From: Patescibacteria group bacterium
GTDB taxonomy: Bacteria; Patescibacteriota; Minisyncoccia; Phycocordibacterales; Phycocordibacteraceae
DNA length: 64,000 nucleotides
NCBI GenBank assembly: GCA_018971045.1
Contig: JAGWVF010000005.1
Span: forward strand, 10,764 to 74,763
Direction of reading: 5' to 3'
Position numbers and translations under genes: made by a program. Below the pieces are notes generated by a model. The model saw only the letters and a list, made by a program, of their open reading frames with translations. It was not told the DNA's origin and did no database searches. Shown piece by piece: positions 29,131 through 38,636 of the stretch (within the stretch, counting starts at the first letter, position 1; each line of letters starts with the position of its first letter).

Positions 29131-31521
29131 ATGCCGCCGCAATCAACAACCGTGCGCCGCAGTTCATTAGAAAATATCAGTGTCTGGACGTTGTTCGTAA
29201 CTCTCATTGCAGGCCTCATTTTCGTCATGCCTTCGGCAGTGATTGCCGCGGCAACCACGAAGACTTTCGTGCTCGGAGCCGGCGCGCTGCTTACGCTCGC
29301 GCTCTACATTCTCGCGCGCCTCTCGCGCGGCAATATTATCCTGCCGCCGATGAAGCTCGTGGCGGCGCTCTGGCTCCCAACCCTGGCGTACGGCCTTTCC
29401 GCCGCATTCGCAAACGTATCATTTAGCAATTCTCTCTGGGGTTCCGCTCTTGAAGCGGATACGTTCGGATTTATGCTTATCGCGGCGTCGCTCGGCACGC
29501 TCGCGGCATTGATAATGCGCCGCTCTGAACACTATCAGTCCTTCTTTCGCACCGGCGCCATCGTCTTTGGCGGTATCGCATTGCTCCAGACGATCATCGT
29601 GCTGATCGGACAAGTGGCGCCGAGCGCCGTCTCGCCGGCGTTCTCGATCGTCGGCTCGCTCGATGATCTTGCATATTTTATGGGACTGGGCGTTGTCGGC
29701 GCGTTGATCACTTTCCGTTTTCTCAAACTGCCGCAACGCGCGCATCGAATACTCCTCGTGAGCGGCGCGCTCGCGCTCTTCTTGCTTGCGATCGCCAATT
29801 CGACGGTCGTATGGGTGCTCGTCGCCATCGTGTCGCTCGGACTTTTTGTCGAGGCAGTGATGCAACGCGGACCGAAGTCAACGGATGCGGATCTTGAAGA
29901 TGTCGTTACTATGAATGACGCTTCACCGGAAGCGGACGAAGGCGCGCATTCGCTCGTGATGCCGCTCGCCGTTCTCGCGATTTCTCTCTTCTTCTTGATC
30001 GGCGGCACGCTCGGCGGGGCGCTCGGCCAGGCGTTCCATGTCAATCAGCTGAACGTGCGCCCGTCGTGGCAGTCGACCTTTACGGTTGTCCAGAAGACGT
30101 TTGCGACATCGCCTATCTTTGGTTCCGGACCGGATACCTTTGGAGTGCAGTGGCTCAAATACCGCGACGCTTCGCTGAACGCGACTCCGTTCTGGAATAT
30201 CGACTTTGTAAGCGGCATCGGTTTTATTCCATCGTCGTTTACCACCACGGGCATGGTTGGCGCGCTCGCGTGGATCGCGTTTCTCGCGCTTTTGATCGTG
30301 TTTGGTCTGCGCACGGTGATCCTTCGCGCTCCTGAAGACCAATTCGTTCGGTTCGCTTCGATCCTTTCGCTCGTGAGCGCGATCTATCTCTTCACCCTGG
30401 CGATCTTCGGCTTGCCGAACGCCGTGATCCTCGCGCTCGGATTCGTTTTCGCCGGACTCTTCGTCTCTACGACGCGGTTCGCCGCTCGCGGTCAACAGTG
30501 GGGAGTGATTTTCTCGCGGAGTCCGCGTCTCGGCTTCGTGATCGTCTTCTCGCTCACGATTCTGCTCCTCGCCTCGGTCGTCGCCGCGTACACGCTCGCC
30601 GAACACTATGTCGCGACGAATCAACTCGCGCGCGCGACCATGAGTTATGGTTCGGGTAATCTTGATGCGGCTGATCAGGAGACGCAGAGCGCGATCGCCT
30701 TTGCGCCGAACCCGACCGCGTATCAGGTGCAGGCGGGTATTGCGATGGCGCGATTGGGGCAAATCGTCGGTTCGTCGACCATGCCGGCGGCGAACGCGCG
30801 TCAAGCGTTCCAAGCCGCTCTCTCCGCCGGTATTAATGCCGCGCTCACGGCGACCCGGCTCAATCCGAACGATTACCGCGGCTGGATCGCACTCGGCAGT
30901 CTCTACGCGCAAGCGGTTCCGCTCGGCGTTTCGGGCGCGTATGAAAGCGCGAAAACCGCCTACCAAAAGGCCGCGGCGCTCAATCCGACCAACCCGCAGA
31001 TCCCGTACACCCTCGCACAGCTCGATATCGCCGGAAAGAATATCCAGGCGGCGCAGGACGATCTGAAAACCGCGATAACCTTGAAGCAGGATTACACCGC
31101 GGCCATCTTCCTTCTCTCGCAGCTCGAAGTGCAGGCAGGCAACGTAAAGGACGCGCTTACGTCGGCGCTTGCGGCGGCCTATTTCATGCCGAATGATCCG
31201 AACGTCCTCTTCCAGGTTGGCGTGCTCTATGCGGCGCAGAATGACTACCAGAATGCGGCGGCCGCTCTTAGCGTAGCCGTTGCGGCAAATCCGCAGTTCG
31301 CGAATGCGCGTTACTTCCTCGCCGCAGTCTATGCGAAGCTGAATGATCTCCCGAATGCGCTTACTCAGCTTCAGGCCATCGCGGCGATATCGGCGGATAA
31401 TGCGAAGGCGGTCGCGCCGCAGATCGCCGAGCTTCAGGCAGGGAAGAATCCGTTCCCGGCGAGCCTTCTCTCGATAACGTCGACCGGAACGCCGGCGGCT
31501 CCGGTTCCGTCGAAGCCGTAA
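29131..31521 (+). CDS. polytopic membrane protein, O-antigen ligase/Wzy-like with C-terminal TPR repeats
   Basis: More than 10 TM helices, then an A/L-rich TPR-like repeat region (…AYQKAAALNPTNPQ…). Confidence 0.5.
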   Translation: MPPQSTTVRRSSLENISVWTLFVTLIAGLIFVMPSAVIAAATTKTFVLGAGALLTLALYILARLSRGNIILPPMKLVAALWLPTLAYGLSAAFANVSFSNSLWGSALEADTFGFMLIAASLGTLAALIMRRSEHYQSFFRTGAIVFGGIALLQTIIVLIGQVAPSAVSPAFSIVGSLDDLAYFMGLGVVGALITFRFLKLPQRAHRILLVSGALALFLLAIANSTVVWVLVAIVSLGLFVEAVMQRGPKSTDADLEDVVTMNDASPEADEGAHSLVMPLAVLAISLFFLIGGTLGGALGQAFHVNQLNVRPSWQSTFTVVQKTFATSPIFGSGPDTFGVQWLKYRDASLNATPFWNIDFVSGIGFIPSSFTTTGMVGALAWIAFLALLIVFGLRTVILRAPEDQFVRFASILSLVSAIYLFTLAIFGLPNAVILALGFVFAGLFVSTTRFAARGQQWGVIFSRSPRLGFVIVFSLTILLLASVVAAYTLAEHYVATNQLARATMSYGSGNLDAADQETQSAIAFAPNPTAYQVQAGIAMARLGQIVGSSTMPAANARQAFQAALSAGINAALTATRLNPNDYRGWIALGSLYAQAVPLGVSGAYESAKTAYQKAAALNPTNPQIPYTLAQLDIAGKNIQAAQDDLKTAITLKQDYTAAIFLLSQLEVQAGNVKDALTSALAAAYFMPNDPNVLFQVGVLYAAQNDYQNAAAALSVAVAANPQFANARYFLAAVYAKLNDLPNALTQLQAIAAISADNAKAVAPQIAELQAGKNPFPASLLSITSTGTPAAPVPSKP

Positions 31522-31570
31522 CGCTTCGGCGTTCCTTGGAACGAATGCGAAAAAAGGATAGAATACGGCG

Positions 31571-33271
31571 ATGGTTCGGCGTATTCTTACTCGCATCGCC
31601 ACGCCCGTCCGCAGTCTCGTGATGCGGCCGATACGCAGCCTTCACCAGGCTGCGTATCTGCTTGCCGCTCTCACGCTCGCGTCTCAAGTGCTCGCGCTTC
31701 TGCGCGATCGGATTTTTGCGCACACGTTTGGCGCCGGACAGGTGCTCGATCTCTACTACGCGGCATTTCGCGTGCCGGATCTCGTTTTTGCGCTCGTGTC
31801 ATCGCTCGTGAGCGCCTATGTGCTCATTCCGCGCATTACCGGTATGGATCGCGACGCGACCCGCCGTCTTCTCTCTGAATCGGCGACGTTTCTCTTCGGC
31901 GTGGGCGGGGTTATCTGCATCGTACTCTCGATCTGGATGCCGCAATTTCTCGCGCTTCTGTATCCCAGTTTCATCGCGTCTCCGTATCAGGATGCCTTCA
32001 CGCTCTTGGCGCGCATTCTCTTGATTCAACCTATTCTGCTCGGACTCTCGGGCATACTGGCGAGCGTGACGCAAGTTCACCGTCGATTCATCATCTTCTC
32101 TCTTTCGCCGGTTCTCTACAACCTCGGCATCATTTTCGGAACGACAGTCCTCTTTCCCCGATGGGGATTGGTGGGTATCGGCATCGGCGTTGTTTTTGGC
32201 GCAGTTGCGTATCTCATGGTTCATATCCCGGTGGTGATCGGGGCGGGTGTTTTGCCGGGCGTGCGATTACCGACACTGGAACTCATGGCGCCGGTAGTGC
32301 GGAATTCCATTCCGCGCTCGCTCGCGCTCGGCGTCAATTCGATCACCATGCTTTTCTTGACGGCGATGGCTTCGCGGCTTGGAACGGGGGATATTTCCGT
32401 ATTTACTTTCGCGGGCAATCTCGAGGCCGTTCCGCTCGCGCTTATCGGCTCATCCTATGCGGTCGCCGCATTCCCCGCGCTCTCGGAAGCGTTGGCGCAG
32501 AAGAAGCATGACGAATTCGTAAAAATCCTTTCGACAAGCGCCCGGCATATCATACTGTGGTCGATCGTCGCGTTCGGGATCGTTACGGTACTGCGCGCGC
32601 ATATCGTTCGCGTCATCCTCGGCACCGGCGCATTCGACTGGAACGCCACGCGGCTGACCGCGGCCTTGCTCGCCGTATGCATGGCAGGTCTGGTCGTTGA
32701 CGCGCTGGAACTCCTTTTCTCCCGCGCGCTGTACGCCGCACAGCAATCGTGGCGGCCGCTCGCGTACCAGGTGGCGGGCGGCGTCGTTACGGTAGCTCTC
32801 GCGTTCTCATTCCTTTTATTGCCGGAGCGGGGATTCCCGGCCTTTCTCGCAAATATTTTGAAAGTGGGTGATATTCACAGCACTGCTATTCTTCTCCTCG
32901 CTCTCGCGAATATACTCGGACAATTTTTCCTCGTATTTCTTTCATTGGTGGCGCTCCGCAGGGTGGCACCCGGACTCGGAACGGCACTTCTGCGTCCATT
33001 CATTCACGGAAGCGTCGCGGCGTTCGCGGGAGGAGTTGCCGCCTATGCGACGCTTTTTCTTGAAGGCGGCATCGCCCCCCTCACCACTCTTTTATCGGTC
33101 TTTTTTCAAGGAGCCGTTGCGGGAATAGTCGGAATTGTCTTCTCGGCGGTCGCGCTCTATTTCCTCGAAAATGAAGAATTCAGAACCGTCACCAGCGCTC
33201 TCGAGAGACTGATACGATCGCGCGACGCGCGGTCGAGAGTCCTCGCGCCTTCGGCGGAAGAGCCGATATAG
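31571..33271 (+). CDS. murJ: lipid II flippase MurJ
   Basis: 14-TM MviN/MurJ family. RDRIFAHTFGAGQVLDLYYAAFRVPD. Confidence 0.8.
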   Translation: MVRRILTRIATPVRSLVMRPIRSLHQAAYLLAALTLASQVLALLRDRIFAHTFGAGQVLDLYYAAFRVPDLVFALVSSLVSAYVLIPRITGMDRDATRRLLSESATFLFGVGGVICIVLSIWMPQFLALLYPSFIASPYQDAFTLLARILLIQPILLGLSGILASVTQVHRRFIIFSLSPVLYNLGIIFGTTVLFPRWGLVGIGIGVVFGAVAYLMVHIPVVIGAGVLPGVRLPTLELMAPVVRNSIPRSLALGVNSITMLFLTAMASRLGTGDISVFTFAGNLEAVPLALIGSSYAVAAFPALSEALAQKKHDEFVKILSTSARHIILWSIVAFGIVTVLRAHIVRVILGTGAFDWNATRLTAALLAVCMAGLVVDALELLFSRALYAAQQSWRPLAYQVAGGVVTVALAFSFLLLPERGFPAFLANILKVGDIHSTAILLLALANILGQFFLVFLSLVALRRVAPGLGTALLRPFIHGSVAAFAGGVAAYATLFLEGGIAPLTTLLSVFFQGAVAGIVGIVFSAVALYFLENEEFRTVTSALERLIRSRDARSRVLAPSAEEPI

Positions 33272-33273
33272 CC

Positions 33274-35064
33274 GTGAACACGAACCGCATCCGCAATTTC
33301 TCGATTATCGCGCACGTTGACCACGGGAAGTCGACGCTGGCTGACCGATTGCTCGAGCGCACGGGAGCCATCCCCGAGCGCCTGATGCGCGACCAGGTGC
33401 TCGACCGCATGGACCTCGAGCGCGAGCGCGGCATAACGATCAAGATGCAGCCGGTACGCATGCACTATAAAGAGTATGTGCTGAATCTTATCGATACGCC
33501 GGGGCATATTGATTTTTCCTACGAAGTTTCGCGAGCGCTCCATGCGGTCGAGGGAGTGCTTCTTCTCGTCGACTCGACGCAGGGAGTTCAGGCGCAGACC
33601 TTAACGACGCTTGCCGCGGCTAAGGCGCAGGGATGCGTGATTATCCCGGTCGTTTCCAAGATTGACGCTCCCGCCGCCCGCGTGAGCGAAGTGAAAGCCG
33701 AGCTCGCGGATTTGGTGCACGGATCGCCGGAAAACGTTCTCTCCGTGTCCGGGAAGACCGGCGAGGGCATCGAGGCCTTGCTCGACGCGATCGTGGAGCG
33801 CGTGCCGCCGCCCTATGAGTCCGACGCTCGCGAACCGCGTGGCCTCATCTTCGATTTCTCGTACTCGGCGCATCGGGGCGTGGTGGTGTATCTGCGCGTT
33901 TTCGACGGGACGTTTGAGAAAGGGCAGTCGCTTGCGTTTCGGGCGGCAGGGAAGGAGTTTATCGCTCTTGAGACCGGCATCTTCACTCCCGGCGAGACCC
34001 CGGCCGAATCGCTTTCGGCAGGCGAGATCGGCTATATCGTAACCGGCATCAAGGAGCCCGGAGTCGTTGCGGTCGGCGACACGATCGGGATCGCGCGAGG
34101 CGCCCTTCCGGCATTGCCGGGCTATGCGCGGCCGCGGCCGGTCGTCTGGGCATCGGTCTATCCTGAAAGCCAGGACGATCTCCCTCTCCTGCGCAAAGCG
34201 CTCGAACGCCTGAGGCTCTCCGATTCCTCGCTCTCGTTTGAAGAGGAGTCGTCGGGCGTCTTGGGCAGGGGGTTCCGTTGCGGCTTTCTCGGCCTCTTGC
34301 ATCTTGAAATCATTACTGAGCGGTTGCGGCGCGAATTTAATCTCGCGCTCATCGTTACTATCCCGACGATCTCGTATATCGTGACGAGGCATAACGGCGC
34401 GCGCGACGTGATCTATACTCCGGCCAAATTTCCCGAGTACGGCGACATTCTCGCGATCGAGGAACCGTGGACGAGGGTTATTATCATCACCCCGCCGCAT
34501 TCGGTAAGCGCGCTCGTGCAACTGCTCTACGACCACGAGGCGAACACGCTCTCAACCGAGACGTACGGCGACGGACGCATCGAAATGACGGTTGAGATGC
34601 CGCTCCGCGAACTCATGCGCGGCTTCTTCGACAAGCTGAAGAATATTTCATCGGGATACGCCTCTTTATCTTACGAGATTCTTCCCGAACGCGAGGCGGA
34701 TGTGGTGCGTCTCGACGTGCTCGTCGCTGACGAGCCGGTCCCGGCGTTTGCGCGCGTCGTCGCGCGCCGCCGGGTCGAAGAAGAGGCCGAGAAGATGGTC
34801 GAAAAGCTTCACGGCATCCTTCCGAAACAGCTCTTCGTGACCAAGATCCAGGCGCGCGCGCTCGGCCGCATCATTTCCTCGCGGGCGCTCTCGGCGATGC
34901 GTAAAGACGTCACGGGTTACCTCTACGGCGGCGACGTCAGCCGCAAGAACAAGCTCCTTGATAAACAGAAACGCGGGAAGAAGAAGCTCCTCGAGCGCGG
35001 AAGAGGGAAGGTGAATATTCCCGAGGAGGTGTTTATGAAGATGGTTCAGTCTTCAGCCGAATAG
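33274..35064 (+). CDS. lepA: elongation factor 4 (LepA)
   Basis: G1 motif AHVDHGKST, DTPGHIDF, and the LepA C-terminal domain. Confidence 0.9.
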   Translation: MNTNRIRNFSIIAHVDHGKSTLADRLLERTGAIPERLMRDQVLDRMDLERERGITIKMQPVRMHYKEYVLNLIDTPGHIDFSYEVSRALHAVEGVLLLVDSTQGVQAQTLTTLAAAKAQGCVIIPVVSKIDAPAARVSEVKAELADLVHGSPENVLSVSGKTGEGIEALLDAIVERVPPPYESDAREPRGLIFDFSYSAHRGVVVYLRVFDGTFEKGQSLAFRAAGKEFIALETGIFTPGETPAESLSAGEIGYIVTGIKEPGVVAVGDTIGIARGALPALPGYARPRPVVWASVYPESQDDLPLLRKALERLRLSDSSLSFEEESSGVLGRGFRCGFLGLLHLEIITERLRREFNLALIVTIPTISYIVTRHNGARDVIYTPAKFPEYGDILAIEEPWTRVIIITPPHSVSALVQLLYDHEANTLSTETYGDGRIEMTVEMPLRELMRGFFDKLKNISSGYASLSYEILPEREADVVRLDVLVADEPVPAFARVVARRRVEEEAEKMVEKLHGILPKQLFVTKIQARALGRIISSRALSAMRKDVTGYLYGGDVSRKNKLLDKQKRGKKKLLERGRGKVNIPEEVFMKMVQSSAE

Positions 35065-35081
35065 AACGGTATACTGGGGGT

Positions 35082-35420
35082 ATGCGCGCGAAGCAGTGGC
35101 GAAATGGTATATTGATCGGCCTTTTGTTCATTGCGGCCTTTTGGCTCGCGACGAGCATTTGGAGTCTCGCCGACAAGGCGCTCGTGGCCGTCTCGCAGGC
35201 CGGCGAGACGAGGACGCAGTACCAATCGCTTGAAGCGCGCAAGGCGATCCTGGAAGCGAATCTCGAAGCGCTCGGCACCGAACGCGGTAAGGACGCGGCG
35301 ATTCGCACGGCCTTCGGGGTTGCGCGCCCGGGAGAAGAGGTTATCGTAGTGGTGCCGCCCGCGACGGCGGCGCCCGTGCTCGAGCCGCCGTGGTGGCAGA
35401 AGATCTTGAATTGGTTCTGA
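35082..35420 (+). CDS. septum formation initiator (FtsB/DivIC-like)
   Basis: N-terminal TM plus a coiled-coil region. Confidence 0.45.
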   Translation: MRAKQWRNGILIGLLFIAAFWLATSIWSLADKALVAVSQAGETRTQYQSLEARKAILEANLEALGTERGKDAAIRTAFGVARPGEEVIVVVPPATAAPVLEPPWWQKILNWF

Positions 35421-35424
35421 TTTT

Positions 35425-35495
35425 GCGGGATTAGTTTAGTGGCAGGACGACTGCTTCCCAAGCAGTAGGCACGAGTTCGATTCTCGTATCCCGCA
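35425..35495 (+). tRNA. tRNA-Gly (anticodon CCC)
   Basis: Acceptor GCGGGAT/ATCCCGC, anticodon loop TTCCCAA, CCA not encoded. Confidence 0.85.
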
Positions 35496-35579
35496 CAAAC
35501 AGATGCTAAGTCGAGAGACTAGGACGCGTCGCCTAAAGCACGCGACCGCGAAGCTTGTCACATTGCCTACCCGCGTCTC

Positions 35580-35798
35580 TTATTGCTCTGGGTGGAGCGC
35601 TTTTTTCACGCCCTCGACTGAAGCACGATCAATGACCTCTCCGCCACACTCGTTATGTTGGCACATGGCGAACGTCATCCTCTCGCTCCCGCGACCGGTC
35701 CCGTCATCGGGCCAGCGCTCGAACTTGTCGATCTTCCCGTAGATGGACGTCTCACTCTCATCGACGTCGCGCTGACATTTTTTACAATACAAGGACAT
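35580..35798 (-). CDS. small zinc-ribbon protein
   Basis: 72 aa with CxxC…C…C (CKKCQ…CQHNEC). Confidence 0.4.
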   Translation of the reverse strand: MSLYCKKCQRDVDESETSIYGKIDKFERWPDDGTGRGSERMTFAMCQHNECGGEVIDRASVEGVKKALHPEQ

Positions 35799-35837
35799 GG
35801 TTGAATTCTATACCGAATAAAGACTGCAAGAAACCAA

Positions 35838-35865
35838 GAAACGCCGCTAATTAGCGGCGTTTCTT
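35838..35865. terminator. hairpin terminator aagaaacgccgctaa/ttagcggcgtttctt
   Basis: Perfect 13-bp stem. It contains the stop codon of the small basic ORF. Confidence 0.45.
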
Positions 35866-35976
35866 GCTGCGGCGCTCGCGCAACGCGGCACCAGCAACGC
35901 TCCGAACGATCCGGCGCTTACCGTTTCTCAAAAGTCGGCTGGCTTCGCTTGCGACACGTTTACTTGTTTTTGCCAT
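35851..35976 (-). CDS. very basic 41-aa protein (MAKTSKRVASEASRLLRNGKRRIVRSVAGAALRERRSKKRR)
   Basis: Hand-translated. It lies between the Ubl/E1 operon and the terminator hairpin. It is absent from the ORF track because it is under 60 aa. Confidence 0.3.
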   Translation of the reverse strand: MAKTSKRVASEASRLLRNGKRRIVRSVAGAALRERRSKKRR

Positions 35977-36009
35977 AGACGTTTTGATTTAGGTTGATAA
36001 TGTTCGACG

Positions 36010-36204
36010 CTAGTGAAGGTGGAAGGTCGAAACGAAACCGCCGAGCAGCCCTACAAAGATGAGCCCGACGATAAGCGCGACGAACTTTCCGTACACGCCG
36101 CGTAGCACGTCCAACACTAATTTCCAGATTCCCATGAAAAAGAAACGGATCATTTGCCATAGGACATAGAAAATCCCAAAGACTATGTTCAAAAAGATAT
36201 TCAT
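36010..36204 (-). CDS. small two-helix membrane protein
   Basis: 64 aa. The start overlaps the E1 stop (ATGA). Confidence 0.45.
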   Translation of the reverse strand: MNIFLNIVFGIFYVLWQMIRFFFMGIWKLVLDVLRGVYGKFVALIVGLIFVGLLGGFVSTFHLH

Positions 36205-37013
36205 ACGTTCGGAAGTTTGAAGAACAAATCGCCAGCATCCTCAATCGAGTGGTGCGGGCATTCACCATCGACGACATGACCGAGAAAGTTCGAGGGTTCC
36301 ACCGTCTGCGTATTCCCGTCATATTCGAGGCACGCAACGGGACGCATGTTCCGATGCCACGGCGTCACCATCTCTACCATAAGCCCAAGAGCAGTTGAGG
36401 CGAGAACACCATTCGCCCACACCACTTGAGGGCGACCGCCAGCCGCGCCGTATTTCTTCGCCTCTTCGGCGATCGTGTACTTATTCAGGATATGCAGACA
36501 CCACAAGCAGGGTTCGCCCGGCATCGAACGCGCGACCTGGCCGGTGATCGAGAAGTGAGTTTTGTCGTCGTGCACTTCCATACCGATGTCGATGTACGGA
36601 ATGAAGAATCGGCGTGCGAATCGTTCAAGATCTGCTCGCTCTGCAAACGAATCTACGCAGCCGAAAATAACATCGCACATGCGCAGCGCATGGTCATTCT
36701 GTTGCCACTTGGTCATCATGGAAACGCACTCGGCGTTTTGTTGGAGTCCGCGAATTAGACGCTCGGCAACTTCCAGCTTTGGGGTCGCGTCGAGCGCATC
36801 TTGGGTTGTCGCTCCGATAAGACGATTGAGGTTCGTGTCTTCGACGACGTCTGGATCATACAAAATGAAATGCTGTATTCCGACATACGCCAATTGTTGA
36901 ACGACGTGGGATCCGCCGCCGCCTAGGCCGATAACGCCGACTCGGATGCGGCTAAGGACGTCCTCGCTACGAGGTCCGAGAAAACTTTGTCGTGCGTATC
37001 GTTTGCTAGTCAT
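36201..37013 (-). CDS. ThiF/MoeB/E1-like ubiquitin-like-activating enzyme
   Basis: YARQSFLG…VGVIGLGGGGSHVVQQL…DPDVVEDTNLNRL. C-terminal CLWC and CPHH zinc-type motifs. Confidence 0.75.
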   Translation of the reverse strand: MTSKRYARQSFLGPRSEDVLSRIRVGVIGLGGGGSHVVQQLAYVGIQHFILYDPDVVEDTNLNRLIGATTQDALDATPKLEVAERLIRGLQQNAECVSMMTKWQQNDHALRMCDVIFGCVDSFAERADLERFARRFFIPYIDIGMEVHDDKTHFSITGQVARSMPGEPCLWCLHILNKYTIAEEAKKYGAAGGRPQVVWANGVLASTALGLMVEMVTPWHRNMRPVACLEYDGNTQTVEPSNFLGHVVDGECPHHSIEDAGDLFFKLPNV

Positions 37014-37525
37014 GGTAGGTGGAGGAGGTCGGTCGGCATGCCGACGGCGATGATCTCTTCTATCTCTTCAGGTGCTTTATTCTCGGCGAGCCACACGCGG
37101 CCGCATGCGCGCTCATCGCTCAGTATGAGCGCACCGTGGGGCATGTGAGGTGCAGTATGGAAAAAGTCAGGAACGAAATTCCTGGTCTCTCGCGAGTCAG
37201 TGCGGCTAAAAAACGGAATTTCGTCACCCCAATGATGATGAACATGGAAGACCGAGATATCGCCTTGACCTTCGTGCAGTCCAAGACGCAGAGCGCGGAG
37301 TATCGCGTCCGGCCCTATCACTGCTCCTGCCGAAGGATCATCGAGGTACTCGTCATCGGGTATGGGTTCGTAAGCCGTCGCAAGGATCAAGAGCACGTCC
37401 TCCGTTGGTATTGCGGCGTGGCACGAAATGAACCCGACACGCTCCGATGCAAAAGGATGATCTCGGTGAAGATCGTTCAGGATCTCGTACCTCAAACGCT
37501 GCGGGATTTTGAAGATGGTTCTCAT
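37010..37525 (-). CDS. JAB/MPN (JAMM) metalloprotease-domain protein
   Basis: HVHHHWGDEIPFFSRTD (HxH…SxxD) with an upstream conserved Glu. Start at MRTIFK overlaps the upstream stop (ATGA). Confidence 0.6.
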   Translation of the reverse strand: MRTIFKIPQRLRYEILNDLHRDHPFASERVGFISCHAAIPTEDVLLILATAYEPIPDDEYLDDPSAGAVIGPDAILRALRLGLHEGQGDISVFHVHHHWGDEIPFFSRTDSRETRNFVPDFFHTAPHMPHGALILSDERACGRVWLAENKAPEEIEEIIAVGMPTDLLHLP

Positions 37526-37854
37526 ACGAAAGCGTCCAGGTGTCCATAAAGCATCTCGACCAACGTTTGCTCCTTCACAACGTCTTTCCACGAACAGGCG
37601 TGCCATGTTTGGCCGAGGAAGGGATATGCTTTCCAATTTGCGCCCTTACCTGGCACAATTCGTTCAACGAACAGTCGCGTCACATACCCCTCATGCTCTT
37701 GCGGAAGTAGTAGAGCGTTCATGGTCAACGTCGCGTCGCCCGACCTGAATCGAAGTCCGGTGAGCAGCACGAATGTGTACTGTCCTTCCGCCAGAATTTT
37801 CGCGTCATCGCAGACGTCGCGGAGGGGGACGAGTTGTGCTTCGTCGATGTTCAT
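37525..37854 (-). CDS. small partner protein, MoaE-like (MPT-synthase large-subunit-like) or E2-like
   Basis: 110 aa. TFVLLTGLRFRSGD…NALLLPQEH and PG…SWKDV resemble MoaE blocks (TFTGKVR…GD…ALTLEHY, WPGD…FWKRE). Uncertain. Confidence 0.4.
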
Positions 37855-38105
37855 GACGATCCACCACGACGCTTGTGAGATACAAACTTTTCGCCCCCGT
37901 GCACCTTCACTTCCTCGTCGTCCTTGAGCGGGAGCGTTTCCTTCCCCCTGATTTCGGCGAGCCCCTGATCTTCAGGGACGCCGAGCTCCTCCTTGAGCTT
38001 GCGCACTTTGTACGTGCCGGCGGGAATCTTCTTTTCGTGCCCGTTGATAAAAACCTCGACCTCCTTCTCTCGATGCCCGTGCTCTTCGTGTTCTTTCGCT
38101 GCCAT
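37851..38105 (-). CDS. ThiS/MoaD-like beta-grasp ubiquitin-like protein with C-terminal extension after GG
   Basis: 84 aa. VFINGHEKKIP…LKDDEEVKVHGG, then the tail EKFVSHKRRGGSS. His-rich N-terminus. The stop overlaps the next start. Confidence 0.6.
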   Translation of the reverse strand: MAAKEHEEHGHREKEVEVFINGHEKKIPAGTYKVRKLKEELGVPEDQGLAEIRGKETLPLKDDEEVKVHGGEKFVSHKRRGGSS

Positions 38106-38197
38106 ATATTATGTTGCTTCTGCTAACGGATAATGTGCGGATTTCCGCCCTTGTATTGTAAACCCATCGTGGTAACATTTCCTAGTAATCGACTATC

Positions 38198-38226
38198 CCA
38201 AAATGGTATTCACCGTTCCATTTTGG
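38198..38226. promoter_or_regulatory. perfect 9-bp inverted repeat CCAAAATGG-N11-CCATTTTGG in the divergent promoter region
   Basis: Lies between the Ubl operon (minus strand) and the XRE gene (plus strand). TATAGA is 5 nt downstream. Confidence 0.45.
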
Positions 38227-38261
38227 AAGTATAGATTACAACTTTTCCCCACACAATCTTC

Positions 38262-38633
38262 ATGGCGAAAAAGGATACTGGTACACTAGATGCGAGGGCG
38301 GCCGAAGCGGACGGCGATCTGAAAAAATATATTGGGCGTCAGATCGCCTCGATCCGGAAGGGCTCTGACCTGACGGCGCGGCAAGTTGCTGAGAAGCTGA
38401 AGGTCAAGCGGGAGACCCTGACGCAGATCGAGACGGGACGAAACAATCCGACCGCTTTGATGCTCTGGAAACTTGCATGCCTTTTTCAATGCGAAGTCTC
38501 AGATCTTTTTCCGCAAGTTCCCGAAGGTTTTGGTCTCACGACGTACACGAAATCCGACATGCGCAGAATCAAAAAGGTCGACCCCAGAGCAGTCGAGTGG
38601 GCTGGACGCATGTTCGGTGAGCCTAAGAAGTAA
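38262..38633 (+). CDS. XRE-family helix-turn-helix transcriptional regulator
   Basis: HTH LTARQVAEKLKVKRETLTQIETGRNNP. Confidence 0.75.
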   Translation: MAKKDTGTLDARAAEADGDLKKYIGRQIASIRKGSDLTARQVAEKLKVKRETLTQIETGRNNPTALMLWKLACLFQCEVSDLFPQVPEGFGLTTYTKSDMRRIKKVDPRAVEWAGRMFGEPKK

Positions 38634-38636
38634 TGT

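Noticed and set aside
29923-31602. 559-aa ORF antisense to the O-antigen-ligase/TPR gene
   Set aside because: Arg-rich composition, no domains, opposite a membrane protein with coherent TM/TPR architecture.
33601-34536. 311-aa ORF antisense to lepA
   Set aside because: Overlaps the highly conserved EF4 gene; high-GC artefact.
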